Source: a virus
Length of the DNA stretch: 64,000 bases
IMG/VR virus record: IMGVR_UViG_3300016476_000688
Coordinates: 3,597-67,596 of that record
Direction: 5' to 3' (one strand)
In this document: positions 14,847 through 24,000 of the stretch, one piece after another
Numbering within the stretch: position 1 is the stretch's first letter
Layout of the letters: each line of letters opens with the position of its first letter
Translations under genes and position numbers: made by a program
Notes under the pieces: generated by a model
Seen by the model: the letters and a program-made list of their open reading frames with translations, nothing else
What the model was told of the DNA's origin: nothing
Database searches by the model: none

Positions 14847-14999
14847 CTTTCGCTTCCCTCTGTTAGCGTTTCGATGATTCTTTATCGCATAGCGCACACC
14901 GATTCGCAAGAGAAAAGATTGTGCCTACCCCGCGCCCTAACGTATTGACACGCAAGCGGGAATCGCATAAGGTGATTCTATCAACAGAGGATGACCGCC

Positions 15000-15320
15000 A
15001 TGACCAAAGCCCGTATCCCCGCCGCCATCAAAGCCCACGTATTCGGCTCGTTCGATTGCTGCGCCGCGTGCGGCACATGGGACGCCGATGAGTGCGGCCA
15101 TCTTGTCGCAGAGTCCAAGGGCGGCGCAATGGTTGCAGAAAACTTTGTGCGCCTCTGCGGGTCGTGCAACCGGATGCAAGGGACCGCGTCGGTTGTGTTC
15201 GCCGCGTATGCCACCTACACCGAATCGCCCGCCTTGGTTCGCTCGCGTCGTGCATATTGGGCGCGCTATGTCAAGGCCGCCGCCGTCGGCATCGCCAAGC
15301 CTTACAAGCCTGTGGCCTAA
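15000..15320 (+). CDS. HNH endonuclease-like protein (106 aa)
   Basis: CAAC...ECGHLVAESKGG...N...LCGSCN; promoter TTGACA-N17-TAAGGT and AGAGGA RBS. Confidence 0.8.
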   Translation: MTKARIPAAIKAHVFGSFDCCAACGTWDADECGHLVAESKGGAMVAENFVRLCGSCNRMQGTASVVFAAYATYTESPALVRSRRAYWARYVKAAAVGIAKPYKPVA

Positions 15321-15664
15321 GGGCCACAGTCACTTTTGTATTGACAAACAGGGGAGGGCGGTTATGCGGACTTCGGTGATTCGCGAATCAGGGGGCCCTT
15401 CCGCAGAGCCTTTACCAGGGCAGTTTTGGAAAGTCCGAGCGCAGTTTGGGCGTCCTTTGAAAGGATTATCCTTATAGCGCTACTCTCCTGTGATACTCCG
15501 TATCAACCTGTATCCCTCCGTATCAATCTTACGTTACACCCACTACAGCACTCCGTGCTAGCACCTAGACTAATTACGGAACGCACCTTCAACACTCTTT
15601 CAAAAATTTTTTATATGAAAAATTGCGCTATCGCATGAGCTATCGCAGCGTTAAATAAAAAGTT

Positions 15665-15693
15665 TGGACAGAGCATACAACCTGAGCTATGAT
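15665..15693 (+). promoter_or_regulatory. late-region promoter TGGACA-N17-TATGAT
   Basis: Directly upstream of AAGGAG and the first late gene; similar elements at 28606, 32589, 34228, 51143. Confidence 0.7.
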
Positions 15694-15714
15694 TAATACA
15701 AAGGAGAATTTGTT

Positions 15715-16104
15715 ATGTCCTATTCAGTTATCGCAACACTAGTTCACGGCGAACAAATCAGACTAAGCTTTACAGTAGGTTGGATTGGTGACTTAAGTTC
15801 TTACACCGTCAGCGCTAGACTAGTTGAAGGTAATAATGACGGAGCTGGAAGTATTCCTACCGGTGAGGATGCTACGCTAGTTATTACTTCGCTACCTGTA
15901 ATAAATAAAAGCGGTAATGGATTCCAAGTTGTAATTCCTGCAACTGCTATCGACACTTGGACAGTTAAACCAGCACCGTCTAAACCAGTATATGGATTCT
16001 TTGATTTAGAAATATCTGACGCAGGAGTTGGTAACGATCAACAAATTTTTAGACCAGTACAAGGGTTAATACAGTTTAAGTATAGTCCGTTTGAGAGTGC
16101 CTAA
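15715..16104 (+). CDS. putative virion protein (beta-rich, BppU-N-like)
   Basis: ORF; position and composition. Confidence 0.7.
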   Translation: MSYSVIATLVHGEQIRLSFTVGWIGDLSSYTVSARLVEGNNDGAGSIPTGEDATLVITSLPVINKSGNGFQVVIPATAIDTWTVKPAPSKPVYGFFDLEISDAGVGNDQQIFRPVQGLIQFKYSPFESA

Positions 16105-16500
16105 ATGAGCTACGTACTTACGTTAAATACTAATGCTGGATATAGCGTGGGTATTTCATACCCAGTTGTATCACTAACTCAAAGCTCTAACGGCGAGTAC
16201 GCATTGAGTCTTGCTACCTCTACAGCTACAACCTCAGTTGGTAGCACTACCTATTCGCTAACTGCTGCACTAGTAGGTATGCAAGGTGATGTAGGGTATG
16301 TAGGTAGTGTAGGATTCACCGGTTCAGCAGGGTTCGTAGGATCAGTAGGCTTTACTGGGTCTATCGGCTCAGTAGGATTCGTAGGAAGTGCTGGTGGCGT
16401 TGGTTTTACTGGTAGCATTGGGCCTATTGGATACACTGGATCTGCAGGTGCTGGATCTGCTGTAGGATTTGAACAAAATTTTCTTCTAATGGGAGGCTAA
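16105..16500 (+). CDS. short fibre protein with GFTGS collagen-like repeat
   Basis: Gly-X-Y run GYV-GSV-GFT-GSA... Confidence 0.75.
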   Translation: MSYVLTLNTNAGYSVGISYPVVSLTQSSNGEYALSLATSTATTSVGSTTYSLTAALVGMQGDVGYVGSVGFTGSAGFVGSVGFTGSIGSVGFVGSAGGVGFTGSIGPIGYTGSAGAGSAVGFEQNFLLMGG

Positions 16501-16501
16501 T

Positions 16502-16828
16502 GTGCCAACTACTTATAAAATTCTAGGACAAGTAAATCCTAGCGCTAACAGCCTTACAACACTATACACAGTTCCCGCAGCTAACTCAGCCGTTTGCAGC
16601 ACTCTAACTGTGTGCAGTATTAGTGGTGCTGCTGCTTTTAGAGTAGCAGTAAGACCTAATGGCGAAGCTATTGCGAATAAGCACTATGTAGCTTATGACG
16701 CAGTATTAAATCAAAGTGATACTATTAGCTTGACTATTGGTATGACTTTATCAGCAAATGATGTAGTAAGTGTACACTCTACTACAGCTAATACAGTATT
16801 TAATTTATTTGGATCAGAGATTAACTAA
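16502..16828 (+). CDS. putative virion structural protein (108 aa)
   Basis: YKILGQ.NP.A...TTLYTVP pattern common in phage virion loci. Confidence 0.7.
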   Translation: MPTTYKILGQVNPSANSLTTLYTVPAANSAVCSTLTVCSISGAAAFRVAVRPNGEAIANKHYVAYDAVLNQSDTISLTIGMTLSANDVVSVHSTTANTVFNLFGSEIN

Positions 16829-19113
16829 TGGCTATTAAAGTTCTTGGCGGCGGTACTACATCACAAGCTCATAGCTTAGAATCTTCTAGGCTATCAGAAA
16901 CTAGTGACGCTGAGACTCTTTATGTTAATAATAGCTGGGTTCGTCCTGCTAACTGGCCTGCAATTGATTTAAGTAGTGGCGCTAATGCAGTAAAGATGAG
17001 CACCGCAGTATTTCCAGGAGACGGCGTTGGCAACGGTAATAACTTTTTTACCGCTAACTTTACTGGAGCTGTTACTGTAGACTTTGGAGACGGAACTGTT
17101 ACTAACTTTGCTAGTGCTACCGCAATTAACTATGAATATAATTACGCAGCTTCTGCGTTAACGGGTAGCGACGCTCCTGTAACTCTTAATGCTACTACGA
17201 GTCGTGTAGAACGAACTGCTCACGGCTATGCTAACGGCGCTAGCATTATATTATATAATTTAACTGGTACTAGCGGCTTAGTTGCAGATCGTACATACTA
17301 TGTAGTAAATGCTACTACCGACGATTTTCAGTTAGCTACTACTGTAGGCGGCTCTGCTATAACATTTGGTGGGGCAGGGACTGCCACATTGCTGCCTTAT
17401 AAAATTGCTGTGATTACAGTAACTCCGCAAGCTGGCCAAAACATTACTGCTATCACTTTAACTGCTAAACATACGCTAGCTAACTTAGTAAGTGGTTATA
17501 GCTCTGGATTACTAGAGCTAGTAATTGCACTACCGTCTCTAGTTACTATTAATATGGGTTCAAACAACCCATCAAACAGCATGCGTCATAGTTATATACA
17601 GAAGATTCATGTTGAAAATGCTGGAGCTCTTACTACACTTAGCTTTCAAAATACTTGTCCAGCAGTAGAAGAAATATATATAAATCCTTCTATTAACTTT
17701 GCTTCTCTAACTAGCTTAAGCAGTACTTTTGCAGGCTGTACTAAAGTTATAAAGATTACTATGCCTACTAATACTAGTAACGTAACTAATATTTCTAATA
17801 TGTTTGGTGGTTGTAGAAGTTTACCTTATGTACCTTTATTTGATGTATCAAAAGTTACTAACGCTTCTTTCCCCTTTATTGACTGTAGCTCGCTAATAGA
17901 ATTACCTCCTTATGAGTTTTTAGCTGATGGAGTTAGTTTTGCTAACTATGCTGCTAACTGTGGGTCATTGATCTATGCAGCTCCTATCAAAGTTACTAGA
18001 GCTTCTAGTTTTGGTGGTATGTTCTCTAGCTGTTCTAGACTTAGAAAAGTAGGATTCTTTAATACGGCCGGTGCAACTACGTATGATAACATGTTTTTAG
18101 GGTGTAACTCTTTAGAAAGTATTTTTAGTATAGATCTAAGTACTGCTACAAATACGAACAACATGTTTCAAGATTGTAGAAGACTCCGTTCTATAGACGT
18201 TCGTAACATGCAAAATGTGACAACTGCTTCTGCAATGTTTAGCGGTTGTTTTGCCCTTGCACGTATTTCACCAATGAACTTAGCCTCGTGTACTAATATG
18301 AGCACTATGTTTCAAAACTGTTCATCGCTTACGACTGCGCCAGTATTAACTAATACTAACTTAGTACAGAGCATGTCGTCTACGTTTTTAGGCTGCTCTA
18401 GAATTAGAAGTTTTCCTGCATATGATACAAGTTCAGTAACTAACTTTACTTCTACTTTTAACTCCTGTGTCAGATTGCTTGAAGGACCTGCGATTAATAC
18501 TTCTGCAGCTACTCTAATGACTTCTATGTTTAGTGGTTGTTCTAGCTTACGCTCAATACCTCTATACTCTACTGCGAGTGTTACAAACATGGCTAGTATG
18601 TTTTTAAGCTGTAGATCACTAATAGAGATACCAGAATTAAGTACTGGTGCAGTTACTACTATGGCAGATATGTTTAACGGGTGTTCATCGTTAACTAGAG
18701 TACCTAGATTAAATACCGCAGCTGTAACATCTTTCAGCAACACTTTTGTTAGCTGCACAGCGCTTACAAGAGTACCGTTCTTTGTAACCACAGCAGCCAC
18801 CAACATCTCTGGCATGTTTAACGCTTGTGTATCTTTAAAAGAAATACCAGCTTATGATTTTAGCGCAGTATCTTCTGCTGCGTCACTAACGTCTGCTTTT
18901 ACAGATTTACGTTCATTATCCAGATTCTTGGCTACTGGTATACGTTTTACCTTTTCTATTTCTAACGCTTCGCTTAGTGCCGCAGCGCTAAACGAATTGT
19001 ATACTAACTTGGCTACTATAACAGGTCAAACTGTTACTATTACAGGTAATTATGGTGCTACTGGTGATGATCCTACTATTGCTACAACTAAAGGATGGAC
19101 GGTGACAGGATGA
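16828..19113 (+). CDS. fibre/adhesin with BspA-like (DUF285-type) leucine-rich repeats
   Basis: More than 12 repeats of T(N/S)M..MF.GC.SL..(I/V)P; central HGY..G...YYV....DDFQLA domain. Confidence 0.75.
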   Translation: MAIKVLGGGTTSQAHSLESSRLSETSDAETLYVNNSWVRPANWPAIDLSSGANAVKMSTAVFPGDGVGNGNNFFTANFTGAVTVDFGDGTVTNFASATAINYEYNYAASALTGSDAPVTLNATTSRVERTAHGYANGASIILYNLTGTSGLVADRTYYVVNATTDDFQLATTVGGSAITFGGAGTATLLPYKIAVITVTPQAGQNITAITLTAKHTLANLVSGYSSGLLELVIALPSLVTINMGSNNPSNSMRHSYIQKIHVENAGALTTLSFQNTCPAVEEIYINPSINFASLTSLSSTFAGCTKVIKITMPTNTSNVTNISNMFGGCRSLPYVPLFDVSKVTNASFPFIDCSSLIELPPYEFLADGVSFANYAANCGSLIYAAPIKVTRASSFGGMFSSCSRLRKVGFFNTAGATTYDNMFLGCNSLESIFSIDLSTATNTNNMFQDCRRLRSIDVRNMQNVTTASAMFSGCFALARISPMNLASCTNMSTMFQNCSSLTTAPVLTNTNLVQSMSSTFLGCSRIRSFPAYDTSSVTNFTSTFNSCVRLLEGPAINTSAATLMTSMFSGCSSLRSIPLYSTASVTNMASMFLSCRSLIEIPELSTGAVTTMADMFNGCSSLTRVPRLNTAAVTSFSNTFVSCTALTRVPFFVTTAATNISGMFNACVSLKEIPAYDFSAVSSAASLTSAFTDLRSLSRFLATGIRFTFSISNASLSAAALNELYTNLATITGQTVTITGNYGATGDDPTIATTKGWTVTG

Positions 19114-19295
19114 GTGGTTTTTATAAAATTGACGGTGAGTTACTATACGGACCTAATTATGTACTTAATGAATCGTATCAGTTGTATAAAGAGTATAGTG
19201 ATACTTATACGTACCCAGTTGATGGGTGGTACTGGTTTGATAGTCATGAAGAGGCTTATGCTTTCTTTAACTTAGAACCTCCAGTGGTAGAGTAA
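19110..19295 (+). CDS. small fibre-associated protein (61 aa)
   Basis: ATGA overlap; YPVDGWYWF motif. Confidence 0.65.
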   Translation: MSGFYKIDGELLYGPNYVLNESYQLYKEYSDTYTYPVDGWYWFDSHEEAYAFFNLEPPVVE

Positions 19296-19666
19296 TGTTA
19301 GCTAGTAGAATATCTGTAATAGAGACAGCTCTTAGCGATATTGCTACGGTAGGTGCCGGTTTTATAGATCAAGTTAGTGATTTTCCTGCTGTTGCTTTAC
19401 TGCGTCCGAGTGTTTCTAGAGCTCATATAGGGGATCGTAGTACTATAGACGCTTTTAGTTTTATAGTTCGAGGTTATGTATTAAGTGATGAAGATTCTAT
19501 TCAAGATAGCGAGACATTAGCTAGAAACATAGAAAGAGTTATACAGTCTTTAAGTTCCCCTTTACTTTATAGCGCACGAGTAATAAGTGTTGAAACAGAT
19601 GAAGGACTATTATCACCTTATGGTATGTGTGATGTAGCCTGTGAGGTTAGTTGGATAAATGAGTAA
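19295..19666 (+). CDS. tail-terminator-like paralog A
   Basis: F.D.V.DFP...VRGYV...TDEG...PYG shared with 41203-41658. Confidence 0.7.
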   Translation: MLASRISVIETALSDIATVGAGFIDQVSDFPAVALLRPSVSRAHIGDRSTIDAFSFIVRGYVLSDEDSIQDSETLARNIERVIQSLSSPLLYSARVISVETDEGLLSPYGMCDVACEVSWINE

Positions 19667-20057
19667 GCGGTCGCAAATTATCGCAGCCTTGATTGATCAT
19701 ATTAGTAGTACTACTAACTATACTGGGTTTCGAGGTTTACGCTTTTTGCATGAAATAAATTCATTCCCGTCGTTCTATGTTCATCCTACTAATGAGCGTA
19801 GAATACATGACGGGCGTAATTCAAGACAAGCTGTTCTACAGCTTGATGTTCGTGGGTACGGTTGGAGTGATGGGCTAAGTTATATTGAGGAATTAGTACG
19901 TAATCTTGAGATAGCAGTTCAAAGCTTTCGAAGTACTCACCGATCGTTAGTGTATGAAGCTCGTGTAACTTCGTTACGAACAGATGAAGGCGCAATGGAA
20001 CCTTATTGCATATGTGACCTTACTCTAGAAATATTATATGGAATTAATGATGACTAA
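19659..20057 (+). CDS. tail-terminator-like paralog B
   Basis: RFLHEINSFPS...VRGY...TDEG..EPY shared with 41203-41658. Confidence 0.7.
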   Translation: MSKRSQIIAALIDHISSTTNYTGFRGLRFLHEINSFPSFYVHPTNERRIHDGRNSRQAVLQLDVRGYGWSDGLSYIEELVRNLEIAVQSFRSTHRSLVYEARVTSLRTDEGAMEPYCICDLTLEILYGINDD

Positions 20058-20502
20058 AGAAATTACAATTACGTCACCTACAACTACTGTTGAGGCACTA
20101 AACCGTACTCTAGAGGCTCCTCCTCTAGACCCGGTTTTGCTATCAATAGCTAACGACTATCTTGCAGGCAAAGATATAGACACAATAGCCGATGAGTACG
20201 GAATTAGTACTGACCGTGTTACTGCTGTTATAGAAAAGCGCGAGGTAAAAAGCTATATTGACAATGTGTATGCTACCCAAGGATATCTAAACCGTGGTAA
20301 GCGTATCGCACTAATCAACGCAGTTATAGATCAAAAGCTGCAAGAAGCTCTTGAGACAGGAGTTTATTCTAAGAAAGACTTGCTAGATTGGATGAAGCAC
20401 CTTGCTGATATTGAATCTACACTAAAGCCTCAACAAAAAGGTCCAGCTGTTGCAGTTCAAATTAATAACTATGACAGGCTAATGAAAGATTTATTAGAAT
20501 GA
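20047..20502 (+). CDS. terS: T5-like terminase small subunit
   Basis: N-terminal HTH, EVKSYI..., GYLNR, D(L/I)LD.MK.., QINNYD.L pattern as recalled for T5 TerS. Confidence 0.7.
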   Translation: MMTKEITITSPTTTVEALNRTLEAPPLDPVLLSIANDYLAGKDIDTIADEYGISTDRVTAVIEKREVKSYIDNVYATQGYLNRGKRIALINAVIDQKLQEALETGVYSKKDLLDWMKHLADIESTLKPQQKGPAVAVQINNYDRLMKDLLE

Positions 20503-20840
20503 GTAAGCAACCTCGTGATGATGGCAACGCAGCCATACCTGTACTAAGCTATAAACTACACGGTGGCCAAAGCATCGCTTTTGGTGGCAGTGCTTCTCGT
20601 AGTAGTGCTTTCGGTGGCGGTACTCGTGTAGTTTCGCTATACGCTACAGACAACTGCTTATTTGAGATAGGCAACGATAGTGTTGAAGCTAACGCTTCAA
20701 ATTCGCACATACTTCCTGGAGGTATGTATATAGATGTATCTCTTGGATCTGAGATTGTATCAACTCAGAATCAAAAGTATGTATCTGTGATTGGTTTAGA
20801 CGGTAGCGAAGGTACTTTATATATAAGTGAGCGTGTCTAA
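20499..20840 (+). CDS. putative virion beta-sandwich protein
   Basis: ORF; coupled. Confidence 0.65.
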   Translation: MSKQPRDDGNAAIPVLSYKLHGGQSIAFGGSASRSSAFGGGTRVVSLYATDNCLFEIGNDSVEANASNSHILPGGMYIDVSLGSEIVSTQNQKYVSVIGLDGSEGTLYISERV

Positions 20841-21073
20841 TGAGTTTGATTACGGGCTTAATACTATCTATCACGGCGCTAAACCGTAAACTACGCCCTG
20901 CCCCCCAACCGCAGGGCGAAGGATTTGATGTATTGCTCACTCAAGCAGATGATGCTATAATTGCTCAAGATAACAGATTCGTAGTTATACAACTTCAACT
21001 GTATGAACTACAGACACAAGACGGTCTGATGCTAGAAACACAATCTGGCGCTCCGATTGTAGTAGGATTCTAA
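20840..21073 (+). CDS. hypothetical protein (77 aa)
   Basis: LLTQ.DD / L.TQDG..L repeats typical of fibre anchors. Confidence 0.65.
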   Translation: MSLITGLILSITALNRKLRPAPQPQGEGFDVLLTQADDAIIAQDNRFVVIQLQLYELQTQDGLMLETQSGAPIVVGF

Positions 21074-24000
21074 TGGCAAACGTAAAGATTACCCAACTTG
21101 AGCATATCTCTAGTTCTCAGTTAGCACCTGAGGACGTTTTTGTTATTGACGATGTATCAATTTTAGCTACTAGAAAAGTTACACTTGCAAACGTAGTTCG
21201 CTATATTGGTAACGCTCATGCAGTAAGTACTAACTTAAACTCGTATGCTGCTTATGCAAATGCTAATGCAGCAGCATTAGCTAATGCCATTACAGCTCTT
21301 GGTAGTGGCGGATTCAACTTTGCAATCGTTGGTGACAGCGGTAGTGATACTGTAGTAGTTGGTATTGATTCTCTTTCTTTACTTGGAGGAAGTGGTGTTG
21401 CTACAGTAGTAAGTAATAATGCAGTCACTTTTTCACTAGAGAACACAGCAGTTAGCCCAGGTACGTATGGTGGAGTCGGTGTTACTACGGTAGTGCCAGT
21501 TATTACAATTGGCGCAGACGGTAGAATTATAAGCGCCTCAAATGCTACAGTAAGTATTGATTTATCTTCAATTGATACTAGGCTAGATAACGTTGAGAGC
21601 GCTATCGGTAACGTAATTAGTGGTGTGACCACTTTTACTAACAATATTAGCGTATCTAACGCAGTTATAGCAAATAACTATGTAGTTCGCGGATATGGTC
21701 CAGTAATTGACGTAAACGGTAACTGGGTTGGAAACCCTTCTGGACTAATTGGCTATACAGGTTCACAAGGTGATCCTGGACCTGAAGGTAACATAGGTTT
21801 TACTGGTTCTATAGGTGATACTGGTTTCGTAGGCTCACGTGGAGATAGTGGATTCACTGGTTCTATAGGATTTAGTGGGTCACGCGGTGATAGCGGGTTT
21901 ACAGGGTCAGTAGGTTTTGTAGGCTCTCAAGGTAGCGTAGGATTCACTGGGTCAATAGGATTCAGCGGTTCTCGGGGTGATAGTGGATTTACTGGTAGCG
22001 TAGGATTCGTAGGTAGCGCTGGGTCTACTGGGTTCACTGGTTCTATAGGTTTTACTGGATCACTAGGTAACACCGGTTTCGTAGGTTCCCAAGGGGGACT
22101 AGGATTTACTGGTTCTGTAGGTAATGTCGGTTTCGTAGGTTCTCGCGGTGATAGCGGATTTACTGGGTCTGTTGGATTCGTAGGTTCGCAAGGTAACGTA
22201 GGTTTCGTTGGATCACGCGGAACTACAGGCTTTACTGGTTCTGTAGGGTTTGTAGGTTCACAAGGTACTATAGGTACAACTGGTTTTACAGGGTCAGTAG
22301 GATTCACCGGGTCTGTTGGGTTTGTTGGTAGTGCTGGTACGGCTGGTGGAGCTGGTTTTACGGGTTCTATAGGCTTTACTGGTAGCGCTGGATTCGTAGG
22401 AAGTGCTGGTACGGCAGGTAATACAGGTTTTACCGGTTCAGTAGGATTCGTAGGCAGCGCCGGTACAAATGGATTCACAGGTAGCGCAGGTTTTGTAGGT
22501 TCTACTGGCGGAGTTGGCTTTACTGGTAGTGCAGGTGAGGCTGGGGCTACAGGATTCACAGGTAGTGCAGGCTTTGTTGGCTCTACTGGTGGTGTTGGTT
22601 TTACAGGTAGTGCTGGTCCATCAAATATCATAAATGCTGTTGAAGATACATCCTCTACCTCACTATATCCCGTTATGGTCGGCGCAGTAAACTCTGACCA
22701 AACTGCCAAGCTTAACTCTTATCAGTTATACTTAAATGCTGGGTCTAATACGTTCTTTGTACCAAATCTAGATGTTAGCGGTAACGTACAGATTGACGGT
22801 AGCTTAACTGTATCTGGAACTACTACTACTCTTACTGCTACAAACTTAGCTGTAGCAGATAATATGTTCTATCTTAACAACGCTATTCAAGCTACGATCC
22901 TAAATGCTACTGGTAATGGCACTGCTGTAATATACACAGCTAATAATAACTATGTACCTGGTATGGTGGTTAGCGTAACTGGTGTAAACCCTTCTAGTTT
23001 CAACGTTAGCGGAAATGCTATTATTCAAGCTAATAGTACAGCCTTTACTATTGCTAGTACTGTTACAGATACTTACATATCAGGAGGTACTGCTAGAGCA
23101 AAGTCTAACGCAAATCCCGACTTAGGATTCGCTGCTGGCTATAATGATGGTACTTACCATCATACTGGCCTATTTAGAGACGCTACAGATGGTATTTGGA
23201 AGTTCTTTAAGAATTATGAGCCTGAGCCAGATGCTAGTGTATTTATTGACACTGCACATGCAAGCTTTTCTCTAGCGCCTCTAAGCGTTGAGATGATGTA
23301 CTCTCTCAACGGTTACTATGCTGATGGAGTTCAGGTAATTGACGGATCAGGTAACTGGGTCGGTCCTAATAGTAATCTAGTTGGTTATACTGGTAGTGCT
23401 GGTGCGACCGGCTTTGTAGGAAGTGCGGGTAATAACGGCTTCACAGGCAGTGCAGGTGATGCTGGTGCTACAGGATTTACAGGTTCAGTAGGTTTTGTAG
23501 GTAGTGCTGGTACAACAGGGTTTACAGGTTCTGTAGGATTTGTAGGTAGCGCTGGAGCTACTGGATTCGTAGGCTCAGTTGGTGCAACTGGTTTTACAGG
23601 CTCAGTAGGGTTTGTCGGTAGTGCTGGTACTACAGGGTTTACTGGGTCTGTAGGATTCGTAGGCTCAGTTGGTGCTACAGGGTTTACAGGCTCTGTAGGT
23701 TTCGTAGGTTCAGTTGGTGCTACAGGCTTTACTGGTTCAGTAGGATTTGTAGGTAGTGCAGGTACTGCGGGAGATCCAGGTGCAACAGGGTTTACTGGTT
23801 CACGTGGAGATACTGGATTTGTAGGTTCAATAGGTAACACTGGGTTCACTGGTTCTGTAGGGTTTGTAGGGTCTGTAGGTAATACTGGTTTTACTGGCTC
23901 ACAAGGAGATATAGGAGCTACTGGCTTTACTGGGTCGGTAGGATTCACTGGCTCAATAGGCTTCACTGGGTCTGTAGGTTTTGCAGGTTCCAGTGGCGAT

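Larger units (their letters stand above)
42..14910 (-). promoter_or_regulatory. Array of about 27 leftward sigma70-type pre-early promoters (TTGCnn/TTGACA-N17-(GC)TATA/GATA), most with GANTC in the spacer or overlapping the -35
   Basis: Read by eye, e.g. TTGCAA-tgcacagcgaatcatgc-GATATA (4159-4131), TTGCAA-ccgtctgcgaatcatgc-GATACA (5057), TTGACA-cgctctgcgaatcgcgg-CATAAC (10523), TTGCGA-atc... class at 12630-14910; each lies upstream of an RBS and gene. Confidence 0.85.

Noticed and set aside
306-14948. Numerous plus-strand ORFs in the left region (e.g. 306-770, 3071-3412, 4284-5075, 6329-6949, 13944-14552)
   Set aside because: They are antisense shadows of GC-rich minus-strand genes that have promoters and RBSs; they have no RBS or recognisable motifs.
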